From Utricularia gibba (taxonomy: Eukaryota > Plantae > Magnoliophyta), in contig NEEC01000021.1 in the NCBI GenBank assembly GCA_002189035.1, forward strand, positions 558,001 to 622,000: a stretch of DNA of 64,000 nucleotides, read 5' to 3'. Numbering within the stretch: the first letter of the stretch is position 1; each line of letters opens with the position of its first letter. The position numbers and the translations under genes were made by a program. The notes under the pieces were generated by a model. The model made no database searches. It was not told the DNA's origin and saw only the letters and a list, made by a program, of their open reading frames with translations. Shown here in pieces: positions 1 through 12,315 of this stretch.

Positions 1-1130
1 ATTTTGAATGTTATTATCTTTAGTAAATGTATTTAGAATGTATGAAAAAATTAAAATTTAATAGTTTTTTTTATAAATACAATTGATTGACATGATAATT
101 TAATTAATAAACATATATCATATGATTAAAATTAAAATATATTTATGGCATAACTTTTAGGAATTTATGTTTATAGTCATATCATGCTTGATAGATTTAT
201 TTATAATAAATAATTTTATGATAATTGATATAGCTCACCCTTTTGAAATTGAAAGATCCAATTTTGGGATTTAAGATAGATTATTTGTGCTTCATAAATA
301 TATTTTACATCATGGCTTGTAATAAAATATTAGATTCCTTTATTTATTTTAGAATGTGAAGATTTCAATTATTGATTTTTATATTAAAAACTACTAAATT
401 ATATTATTTATTTAAATTTATAAAACATTTACCAAATGATAAAAGTTTTAAAAAAACAAAAATAGAAGATAAATATAAAAATAAACACCTTTTATTTTAA
501 AAATATCACCTTCCAAGTCCCATTTATAAAAAAAAAAATATGTAAAATAGCTAAACATCTTTTGTTTAAAACGCTCACCCCCTTAAACATTGGTATACAA
601 ATTTTAAGAGTGTTTTATAAAACATTTATGTTTTGATAAACTAGTATATCAAACGTATATCATTTATAATACATTTTAAACATATAAACTCTCACACTGA
701 GTTATACATGTTTTAACATGTATTGAAAAACAAGATTTAATTTCCAACACATTATGTTCATCAATATAAATACAAACATACAAAAAATTGGACACAAACC
801 TCTTTATCACTTAACCTCTAAACCACACCATTAACAATTAATGTCCCGATAGTACACGATATTTTCCATGTCCAAACCAACCAAATCTGCACATTACTTG
901 GCTTGATATGAATTAAAATTAACTGTGGTTTAACCAAACCCCAAGAATTCCCACCTTTCCTTTGAGAATCATCTCAGCTCAGACTCCAAAGAGTTGGATT
1001 TCTACATTAGGCCTTCCTAGCAACAGGAACACCTAGTTTGTATACAAAAGCTGATCCAGGAAGTAGTTAATTACCTTTGATTCTCCAGTGCAGGCAGCAG
1101 ATACAGTAAATTTTTGTTTTTTCGTTTTTT

Positions 1131-4100
1131 TCAAGCGAGGTAGTTGTATATTTGTGGGTTGCTCTTGTCACGCTCCAAGTATTCCCTGTCAATGAGGCTC
1201 TCGATTCTTTTCTTGAGATCTGCTGGTTTGATGGGGAACTTAAGCTGCAGGCATCAACAGCAACAAGTGAATGCTTATCGAGGCATCTCTCAAATGGGAG
1301 CCCAGAATCATCATTTTTTATATGATACCTGCTGAAACAGTTCAGTGATCAATAGTGTGTGACTCAGAACCTTCCTCGTTTTCATGATTCTAACGATGGC
1401 AGCATCCACCTGTGTGGAATGCAGGATATGGAGTGTTAGCTTTTGTTGAAAAAGGCATGAGACAAGAGAGAGCATGGGGTGATCCAACCTGGTATTGTCG
1501 ATCCTGGAATACCCTTTCGGTGGTGCTTGTATTCTCCTCGACTGTTTCCTTCATTTGGATTGCATTCACCTGGTATGGAAACCGGACAAGCCATTTAATC
1601 ACATAAAATGTGTCAGTGTGTTCGTTTTTAGAGACAACACAGAGCACAGGTACCACCTTTATGCGATAAAGAGGTGCTGAGAATTGGTCGTTGAAGACAA
1701 AAGAGTCGCCATCCTCAACATCTCTGCCCTTGGGAATCTGCAAGGGTGGCGTTTGGTTAACTGTGTCATGTAGGAACTGAAGAATCCATTAGCATGTACT
1801 CACTTTCTGAAGAACTCGTGTTTTCCCACACGCAAGGGATTGCAACGTCCGCTTTAATTCTTTGTCCTCGATACCAGAAGACTCTTTAATATCTTGGTAA
1901 CTAAGATTTTCAGCATCGTTGAACAACATCAACACAACCGTCTATTAAAAGAATAAAAAGAGAGAGTAGCATTATGGTGCCGGCCAGGAAATGTAAACAG
2001 AAAGAATCAATGAAGTAGTTATACAGCATATTTATACAGGACCAACCTGAAACAGTGAAACTGCAAGCTCCTTTTTGCCTTTGGGAAAATCTGCTTTGAG
2101 CACGCACTGACCCAATGAATTTTGCCACATTAGTCGTCTTCCGTGGTACTTGCTCAAGTAAAACTCTTTAAAAATATCCTGAGAGGAATTTCGGATTATG
2201 AAAGGGAACATGCAGAGTTATTACACTCATGGGCATCCTTGTGCTCGAATGTGGAAAAGTAAAAAAATATAACAAACCTGATACACGTTGAGCTCATGAG
2301 GAAGGCGAACATCCATAGGAGGATAAGTTGGCCAATAACTGCAGTAAATACAGAAGCACATCTTCAAAAAAAAAAAAAAAAAAAAAAAAAACATAGGATG
2401 ACAACATCCGGGGGCATACAAGATGACAACATCCGGGGGCAAAGCAAGGAGCGATGGAATATATAACTTACCCCATTGTTAGCACGTGGACACTCATCTC
2501 TATCCCCGATGGAAGTTTGGTACGAGCATGGGATGATTGCTTAAACGACTCGTTAATCTCTTTTGATAGTTCAATATCCTAGAATAAGATTCCAAATCAT
2601 AACATGGTCTCCTATGACCATTCAATACCAGAAATAATAAAGATGCGTATCACTAATTACTAGAAAGATCACAAGACCAGGGGGCGGCAGCTGGAGCACT
2701 AGAATATTCCTACACAAAATAATAGAAAACCCCACCCTACTCATGCAAAACAAACCTGAATGTAGCTCTAATTTTTGTTGTTAAGAAAATGGCAATGCAT
2801 GCACAAGATCACACACTTTGAGTTGAAAAGTCACACAAACCTTAAACATCCCTTCAAGTTTGTTTGTGAATTGACTACCACACTCTGTCTTCAACTGCAA
2901 AGGCAACATGAATCTTCTAGTGAGCCATGTTGCAAAGTTTATTATTCAATCAACAATAAATAAATGGCGACCTTAGTAATCATTGATTTTTCTGCATCAA
3001 TGTATGCACTCTTTCCAAGTAAGAGTCTTTTAGCAAGATCTTTCTTGTAAAATGCTTCAAATACATCCTTTCCCTATACAAATGTAAAAAAAATCAGATT
3101 TATCAGAACAATTTGAAGAGAAAAAAAATGCCAATTAAAAATTTCATTAAATTGCAAACTCGACCCGTATGAATCTGAATAAGACCAAAACTTTGTCGAG
3201 TGTGGCCTCCAATTCTTCCTCCGACGTACCCTTATTTCCAGCACGCAATCTCTCATCCACGAACTTTGCAATTAGCTCAGCAGGCCGATTCTGAAGAAGA
3301 TAGCATTGCAGAAGAGCCCAAACAGTTGCTAGGTGAGATCAACTTGTGATGATTAAACATGGATACGCAGTACAGATCTTTCAAAAAGAGGAAAGGAATC
3401 CTTGAATAGCAGAAAGAACCTGGCGGATGTTAATGAGATACTCAAAGGAATCCTTTATAGTATTTCCAAATGCCTCATTTTTTCCAAAGCTTTCCTCCCA
3501 AATTCTGTCAATATTTCCCTTGAGTTCCAATAAGTAACAGACCATGTCCTTGTCCTTTTCTTCATCCAATACAATACTCTGGCCACTTTTTCGAATATAC
3601 TGACTGAGGTATTGCCTTAGAGGTTCAAGGACATTGACCCTTAAGAACATTGCATACATTCTCAGCAAATCCTCAACGCGCTTGCCATCCATCAGCATCA
3701 TGAAACCCTGGACATAGATGTGTCAGAAAAAAAATAACGAAGAAGGTAGTCAACATAACAAGAATGAGTGGTACAAAATGGTTAAGCATAAACTGCAATC
3801 AAGGAAAGAAAACCCACCTTATCCAGAATTGCAGGTACGTGACGCTCGAGAAGCTGCTTTTCAGCAGTAGCTATAAGTGGTTTCTTCGTACTAGAATCCA
3901 TATAGATCAGACATCTATCGTGTTCGTCTTGCAACCTTACCTGGAATTGACATATTCATGGAGGTTGTAACATTATAATTATCTATCCAAGAAGAAAATA
4001 TTTATGCATTTGGAGATTGAACACTGCAATCAATACAATAAAAAAGGAAGTGACAATTATACCTCAACATGTTTTAGATAGTCTGCAATATCAGCCTGCT

Positions 4101-5837
4101 GCATATATTTGACACCTTCTGCAGCATAAAATTCAGATGTTCGGTCGAGGAAAGGCTTCTCAAAGCTAACAGCGTAAATTCCCAATGAAGTGAACATCTT
4201 TAACAGATGACTGAGAAGTGTACGATCAACAGTTTCACCTAGTCTATCAGAAAAAGAAGCAAGGATGAAACAAAACAAGCCGGTGAGGTAATACAGAATT
4301 GATAACAAAAAAATTAGCTAGTATAGAATTGACTGCTGAAAACTGAAAGCACATCATAAGCAACTCATAAAATTGCACACAACACTAACTGTGCACTGGA
4401 AGTCTGGGAGGTTTGAAAATTTATTACCTCTCACTTTCGATCATCTTCAGGATACCAAACACAGTTTTGTGCTCCACTTCAGAAGCCAGAGAAAGATGTT
4501 TGCGAAAAAGATGCAACCCCATGTCCCATAAGGACTTGACATCCTGGTTTTGCTTTACATATTTTCGATCCAAAAGAAGTGCAATGCCCCTAATCATCAG
4601 CATCTGATCACAAAAGTCCTGCCAGCATTTCTCAACAGATGATAGGAAAACGGCCAGGTCTTCACTTTGTTCAACTAACAATTGCAAAGCAGAAGATATG
4701 TAGAATTCGCACTCTTTTTCAATTTTTTGATACAAACTTCCTCCCATTCCGTGCTGACAGAGGTCACCAACCGCCTTAGGTTCATAAATTTCAAAATGAG
4801 TATAAGGCAGTAACGGCTGAATCGTAAATATAAGATTGATAGAGTTTTACCTGATATAAAACTTCAGAGTCACAAGGAGTGGGCTGCTTCAGAAATATGG
4901 AACTGATAGCAGACTTGAGTGTTGCCCATGTATTTTCCTCAAAATTAATCGGCAAAGTGGGCATGGCTTCAAAAAGAAAACAGAGCAAGATAATAGGGAC
5001 AAATCATCAGATAGACTCAAGCAAGGTCGTGCTAGCATTCACCCATCACCCACTTTAACGCAAATTCCCGGGAGTAGCAAAAGATCAAAGTCCAATTTAA
5101 AGCATCACCTGACAACCCAGATCCTGTATCTGTATCATTTTAATTGCAATAACAAGTAAAATGGATCAACTAATAAGGGTCAGCTTTAATCCCCAACAGC
5201 TCATTAGAAACCTATGGCCCTCTTACATACTGACCTACACGAAAGAATTTGTAAAATAAAACACCAAGCTCACCTGGTCTTGCTAACATCCTCTAAGCTT
5301 TACCCCAAAAAGAAAAAACCTAACAGTTTTTAACTCATTTACAACACCCCAACGAGTAAAGCAGCAAAGACATCGAAGCTTCTGAAATATTCGCCATGCT
5401 TAAATTCCATAAAAAGTCAAAAAAATTGTACCTTTATGGAGCTTAATCACGAACTTTTTCGCGGGCTGTGGCGGCGTCGCCTTCTTCCTAGACAGATTAG
5501 CGGTGATTCCAGCACCAGAAGAACCAACAACTCGGCCAAAAGCAACCGGTGAAGGAGAAGCCTCCATTGCGCTATCGTTATCATCCTCGATCATGGGCGA
5601 GTCAGCTGGAGCGTCAGAAAAGTGTGTATTAGAAGAAAGCTGCTGTTGCGCGCTCCCGTTGCCATCAACGGAGCACGCCACAGCCTGAGACTTCGCTTTT
5701 TTCATCGGAACACCAATCGAAGCCGCTCCTGCGCCGGTGCGCTTAGCAGAGGAGGAAGGAGATGGGCACTGGGACGAGGAGCGCTTGGTGGGGCAGGTGG
5801 AGGAGGAGTCTGAGCCGGAGGAGTCGAATTTAGACAT
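1131..5837 (-). CDS. CUL4: Cullin-4 (multi-exon E3 ligase scaffold)
   Basis: Spliced exons give CUL4 motifs: [98 protein letters not shown]. The C-terminus is [21 protein letters not shown] (TGA at 1131-1133). ATG at 5837. The introns I checked are GT-AG and the frame is intact. Confidence 0.97.
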
Positions 5838-6263
5838 AGAAGAGTGACGGAAGCTTCGGATGCGCTCCTCATTTACGAGGAGGGTGTCAACAGTAACTCT
5901 TACAGACGGAGGCTTTCATTCACCGAAAGTAACCGGTAAAAATTAAGGTCCAGGTTAAAATTTTTACCTCAGGTTAATTATCAACCTCAGCCTGTTAAAA
6001 GGCCCAATGGGCTGTGAAGGGCCCATTTTCGGCGGACCGGTTTGGATCATTAGGCCGGTCTAATTGGCGATAAAAATAATTCTTTATTTAATTCAAAAAG
6101 TGAACGAAGCAGACTATATGGAGTTGTACGGTTTAACAGGCGATTTCGTTTCTGTGCATCTCCGAGGGAGCCCCCTGTCTCCTCCATAGCTCCGGCGTCT
6201 CGGATTTATATGCTTTTGCCAAATTTTGATTCATTGATAATCGGTAGAGTTGCTGACTCAGAG
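5838..6263. promoter_or_regulatory. Short bidirectional promoter shared by CUL4 and CPSF30
   Basis: Only 426 bp separate the divergent ATGs. Clustered site II motifs (GGCCCA/TGGGC) lie at ~6001-6025. Confidence 0.75.
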
Positions 6264-9200
6264 ATGGATGACGGAGAAGGGGCTATGAGCTTTGATTTTG
6301 AGGGTGGATTGGACTTGGGCCCTAGTGGTCCGAGCGGTTCTGCACCGGCAGTTCATGTGGCTGCGGTGGATGCTAACGGATCGTTAGCTGCTGCTTCGGG
6401 TGGGAATATTTCTTTTGCTCCATCGGTACCAAGTGGGCAGGGCGGGGAAGGGATGGGCGCCGGCGGCGGAAGGCGGAGCTTCCGGCAGACGGTTTGCAGG
6501 CACTGGTTGAGATCTTTGTGTATGAAAGGCGACGCCTGTGGGTTCCTTCATCAGTACGACAAGTCCCGGATGCCGGTGTGCAGGTTTTTCCGTTTGTATG
6601 GGGAGTGCCGTGAGCAGGATTGCGTGTATAAACATACTAATGAAGATATTAAGGAGTGCAATATGTAAGTATGTGGAGATGGTTTTATATTTCGTAGGAT
6701 TTATATATGGTTAATGTTTTCCTAACTTGGACCGTGTTTCTGAGTTTTTAAGAAATTGAAGATCTTTTATTTGAAAGAACTAGAGTTTGATTTCGCGTGT
6801 TAAGGGTGTGCTTTACTGCTCTTATGAGGTTTCCTAGTGATTCATTATATCAATTTATCGAAATCTTATGTGCGCCTCTTCCACTATTGTACAGATTTAT
6901 TATCGTTGGTGTTTGACAGGTACAAGTTGGGCTTTTGTCCAAATGGCTCGGACTGCAGGTATAGGCACGCTAAGCTTCCTGGACCTCCACCTCCTGTGGA
7001 AGAAGTTCTTCAGAAGATCCAGCAGCTAACTTCCAACAATTATGGGAACAACAAATTTTCCCAAAGCCGTGGTGCCGTTCCCAATCAGCAATCAGATAAA
7101 TCCCACTTTCCACAAGCAAAAAATGGTGTGAATCAATCGATGATGACAACAGACTCGATCAATGTTCAGCAACAATCACAACAAGTTCAGCATCATAGCA
7201 GTCAAGCTCAAATTCAAAGCACTCCAAATAATCCACCACCTCCAGCTAGTACGGTTGCAGTACCCCTTCCCCAAGGAACATCTAGGTGTGTTCCAAACAA
7301 GGTCTTTCCTTAGGCAAACTGGTTCATGTGTATGGATATGATTTTAAGAGACACTTCCCTTCTCAGTTGTAATAGCTGTTGATTTATGGAATTTGGCTTT
7401 AAACTGTTGTGAATAGTACTGAGAGTTGATCCACCTTTTTTTTCGTGATACAAATTTCTTTAAAGTTTGGCCTCAATTGTCTTCTGTATTCTGGAAAGTT
7501 CCTTGAAGGTATGGCCGCCAAATTCTGATCATCTATGAGCACTATAGCTGTGTTTTCCGTAGTAGTGAAGTGTTTTGTTTTTGGGTAGCAAACAAGGCTT
7601 TTGAGTCCTTAAACTATAATCTCTTTTTAGTGGCGTTTCTTGGGTTCATGTGCGGCAAGTTCCATGTCTATTTTTGAACCCTGTACCCATTTTCGTAGGA
7701 CATGTCTTTTTTTGAACTCTCATCAGAATGTTTATATGCTCATGTTACACACGATGAAGTGTTTATCATTTGGTGTGTGTACTTACATTTGTATTCCTTT
7801 TGCATGGGAATCTTAGGTACTTTGTGGTAAAAAGTTGCAACCGGGAGAATTTGGAATTATCTGTGCAACAAGGCGTGTGGGCAACTCAGAGAAGCAATGA
7901 AGCCAAACTTAATGAAGCTTTTGACTCTGTTGACAATGTCATATTGATTTTTTCGGTTAATAAGACTAGGCATTTTCAGGTCATTTTAATGATTTTATCC
8001 TTGGACGCTCATTATGGAAGAGTTGATTTGTTAGTCTGAAAAGCTTAATGAAGCAGTGGTCGGGTTCTTGTCAAATGATGGGATAGCCAATTTCCTACCG
8101 GCATTGATATTTCAATTGCTATGTAACAGGGTTGTGCGAAGATGACATGTAAAATTGGAGGCTTCATTGGTGGTGGGAACTGGAAGCATGCAAATGGAAC
8201 TGCTCATTATGGTCGAAATTTTGCTGTTCAATGGTTAAAGGTGTGTGACCCACTGCATGATATAAAATACATTCGTGTGCACATTAGAAAAGAATTTTTC
8301 GTAGGAATTCTCGAACAGATAATTCATAACTATTCGGGGAGGTAGTCTATGTGCTCCTTTATTTTTTATAGACATTTTTTTCAGTGAGGTGATTAAATAT
8401 TCGTGATTGCTTTGAAAAATATAAGGCTGTAATACTCGGGGAATTTTTTATAGAATATATTCTGTTGCTCTTCTGCACAACTAATTTTTATAAAAAGGAA
8501 CGTTGTATGGTGGCTATTACAGTCATTTAGATTATTGTTTTTCAAGTTGTTTGCTTCATGCTTTCAGCTCTCTGAGTTATCATTTGACAAAACCCGGCAC
8601 TTGAGAAATCCCTACAACGAGAACTTGCCAGTGAAGGTATGTGCATGTGTTTTTCCCACGCCTTTATTGAAACTTTCTAGCATTATTTGCATGATTCTCT
8701 ATTGTAATGTTTGTAGCTGCATAAAATATAAGTTTGGTGATTTTCACCGTGTTTGTTAGCCTTCTGGCAGCCCACAAAACGTAGGTTGTTAAAGCAAGTT
8801 ATCCTTTCCCTAAAAAAGAGAAAAGTTAACTACAGGAGTAACAACTTGTTGATGCTCTGAAAGGATTAGTCATTTTTATCAGACCTTTTGCTTGGTTTGT
8901 TTTCAAATGATGTTGGATGGTATAAACTAGGAATATATTGCAATTCTTCGTGATGGTTTCGTGAGACCATTGCAATTTCTATAATTTTTACCAGTTCTGA
9001 AGCTTTTTGTGTTCATACGGTTTTGTTCCAATCTGATCTCTAATGACATCGAATTATATGTTGCATTCAGATTAGTCGAGACTGTCAGGAATTGGAGCCT
9101 TCCATTGGCGAGCAGTTGGCATCACTGCTTTACATCGAGCCAGACAGTGATCTTATGGTACTAGTATTCTACAATATGCATTCAGGACCGGTTTTTTTTT

Positions 9201-10288
9201 TCTTTTTTTGTGCATATGCTACGTTGCGTCTGTTAACAGTTTTAAGTTCACAGACCAGATCCAGATATTCTTTCTTCTGTGCCTTTATTTGATGTTAGGT
9301 AGCCTTATTTGTATCCTAAACTGGGTGAAAAAGTTGAATACACTCACGCTTTTTGATACTACCCATCATATATGCTTCATATTTACACAATTCTAGTAAC
9401 TGAGGAAGGGTGTTGAACTTTTTTTTCCCCCAGGCCGTCTTAGTTGCAGCTGAAGCAAAGAGGGCACCAGAAAATGGAAGAGGAACTGGTGTTGAAAATG
9501 GAGCTGCTGAAGATCCAGATATAGTACCATTTGAAGATAATGAAGAGGATGAGGAAGAAGAAGAAAGTGAGGAAGAGGAGGACAATTCCGTAAACATGTA
9601 TGGAGTTCAAGGCCGAGGAAGAGCTAGGGGGATGGCCTGGCCTCACCTCCCCATCGCCCGCGGCGGCAGGCCTTTTGCTGCGTTCCCCATGGGCATGGTG
9701 GGCGATGGGTTCCCTTACGGACCAATGAACCCAGAAGGCTTTCCCATGGCTGATCCTTATGGAATGGCTCCTAGAGGCTTCGGCCATTATGGTCCCAGAT
9801 TCCCCACTGATTTTGCAACTCCTGCTCCAGGAATGATGTTCCCCGGTCGCCCGGCCGGTGGCTTCGGCATGGTCATGCGTCCAGGCCCCGGCCATTTCAT
9901 GGGTGGTATGGATGGCAGCAATGCAGCCAGAGCAGGTGGCCATGGAGGAGCCGGCATCCTTCCCTTTTACCAGCAACCACCACCCCAGCACTCTCAGAGC
10001 TCCTCTCGAGCAAAAAAGGATCAGATGGCAGCTCCCTTGCTTGACAGGAACCATGTCCCCGGTCAAGAGACTGCAGGATCAGACGACGGACCCAACAACA
10101 ACAACAACGAAGCGCCGAAAGCGTCGACGAGAGGCCGGCTCGAGGATCACTACAACAGCTTCAAGAATGAGGAGAGTGAGAGTGAAGACGAGGCTCCCAG
10201 GAGGTCGAGGCATGGAGAAGGCAAAAAGAAGAGGCGTAGTTTGGAGGCAGGGGATGATTCCACGGCTGTCTCAGGCGATCTTCTGTAA
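6264..10288 (+). CDS. CPSF30: CPSF30-L: CCCH zinc fingers plus YTH m6A-reader domain (7 coding exons: 6264-6664, 6920-7285, 7817-7979, 8130-8240, 8568-8636, 9071-9157, 9434-10288)
   Basis: MDDGEGAMSFDFEGGLD start; SFRQTVCRHWLRSLCMKGDACGFLHQY and CRFFRLYGECREQDC zinc fingers; YTH motif YFVVKSCNRENLELSVQQGVWATQRSNEAKLNEAF; C-terminal ESESEDEAPRRSRHGEGKKKRR. All junctions are GT-AG and in frame. Confidence 0.97.
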
Positions 10289-10857
10289 CATAAGAGGGAT
10301 CAGGTTGATGATACCCTGCTTTTTACTTGAGAATGAGTTTGTGGATGGATCAACCATTCCATTCTTCCCAATTGATATGGATTTCATGATGTCTGTTTTT
10401 ACCGTTTTTCATTCTAAACATGCGCCCATGTTTAAAAAGAAGAGAATTATTCATGTATTGACAAAGAAGACCAACAATATTTAGTTGTTGGGGCGGTTTA
10501 ATGGTACAAACGGGTGTGCGAATAATCCTTACTATTTATTTAAATTGTATGACTGGTTTTCATGAACAATGTTTCATTTCTATTATTTTGAAATCATTTA
10601 GAATCATCTTTTACTATTTATACACACAATTGATCCCAATTACAAATCCTACTTTTTTATTCAATTCAATTTTATTATTATCTGTCCACCCATCGTACAT
10701 AAAAGCAAGTCCGATATGTTAAGAAAGTGGCCATTGTCTTTTGAATATATGATAAAATGAATAACGCATATATAAAAATTTGATTATATTGTATGATAAA
10801 AAAACGGATCATTATAAAACTACTCACCCTCTATTTTTTTCATCCACACTTAATACA

Positions 10858-11402
10858 TGTTAGGGCTGAAAAATCGGTATTCTGGCGGAAGCCGATTTTC
10901 GGGTTACAGACTTGGATGAATGCAACGTATCTGGTTGCAGATTAAGTGTATTGCTTGGTATGGTTAAAGAAAATAAAGATAGACAAAGATTTTTTACGTG
11001 GAAACCATCCGTCGAAGAATGAAAAAACCACGGAACTGTCGGAACTCATCGAAAAATGGTTTTCACTAGGCCACGAAGGAGAAAAAATACAAATTGGAGT
11101 ACTTGGAATCTAACCCTTTTCTCTTTGGAATTTCTCTTATTTATAGAAGATGTCGATCTGATCGAATCCTAAATTTTGTAGTGGTCGGCTGCTTTCTATA
11201 CCTGCAATATGTACCGTGGTCCTATTTTTTAGATAATCGCCGCCTACTCTATCGTAATTCGGCCACTTTTCAGATTGTGCAAAACGACTGCTATTGTCAA
11301 ATCTCTAAAGCATATCGATCTGTCGACTAACGTCAAGCTGTCAAAACACATTTTGGCTCCTTTTTAATGACCGATTAACCACATCCGATTTGTTCTCCAT
11401 CA
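10858..11402 (+). mobile_element. Solo LTR (545 bp), copy A
   Basis: TG...CA termini (tgttagggc...ctccatca) and a perfect 5-bp TSD ATACA (10853-10857 and 11403-11407). An internal TATTTATAGA is present. Homologous in reverse orientation to 40047-40588. Confidence 0.9.
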
Positions 11403-12315
11403 ATACAAAAAATTACATATAGAATAAATAGTTTTTTGACACAATCATTTGACAATAGTTATTTTTAAAAATCACTTAAAAAAAAAACCTACTCACTACT
11501 TTTTTAAATGACCTCACCAAATCCATAGGGTCCAATCTTGTGAATGAGCACACACCACACTCCATCTAAAATTCCACCAAAACAAATATGCTTTGAATCA
11601 AATATAGAACCCCCTCCATCTAACTAATGAACAGAAAATTTGAAAAAACCTAGAGATGGTAAATATAAGAAGCAATCTCCATTTCTGAAGCAGAAAGGAG
11701 CAAAATGAATGCTGCAACCTGGACTGTTCCAAGAGAGAATATGAAACCGAAATAGTATCAAGAGCAGAGAATAGAGAAAAAAAATGAGAATTCCACATTT
11801 GTCTGGTTGAATAATCGGTATTTCTAATTAATCATTAAATTTAAAATATTATTCTTTTATATTAAGATATCATTTATATGAATATTATAAAAAATTTATA
11901 TCTTAATTAATCAAACTCAAGTTCAAACTATAACAAAGAAGTATACTTGAAATGAAAGTAGAAACAAAATGGAGCAGCGGGTCGTGGCTTTGCGTGAACC
12001 GTTGGATTCAATTTTAAGTGGGCCCTCGGAAATATAACATTTCTCTTATAAAATTTAAAAATGTAATTTTTAACCTCGAACAAAAACATTATCACCAGAA
12101 AACACATTCTGTGATCTCCAAAATACCAACTGTACATATTTCATCCTACTAACCATAACTTGAGTGTCAAAAGGGAGGGCGTGGCTGGAAAAAAACAAAG
12201 AATCATTCTCCTAGTATTCATGTGCTTACCTTTCTATTGTTCCAAAACATTCTGCCTGGTGCTTGGAGGGGTGGCCTTCACAGGCCAGGGTAAAGCAGTC
12301 TCTACACTGGGTTGA

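Noticed and set aside
1570-1656. Stop-free, in-frame 87-nt CUL4 intron; likewise the 78-nt intron at 24635-24712 in the SEN1-like gene
   Set aside because: With on the order of 100 short introns in the window, a few 3n stop-free ones are expected by chance. Both have normal GT-AG ends, and nothing indicates retention.
2366-2441. A26 run and a 20-bp tandem duplication (gatgacaacatccgggggca twice) in a CUL4 intron
   Set aside because: Ordinary local slippage; no element boundaries or TSD.
6210-6263. Upstream in-frame ATG adding 18 aa to CPSF30
   Set aside because: The family start matches MDDGEG at 6264; this could be a minor N-terminal extension but there is no support for it.
9440-10484. 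Two 208-aa overlapping ORFs (antisense and shifted frame) over the last CPSF30 exon
   Set aside because: Shadow ORFs of a GC-rich coding exon with no recognisable motifs.
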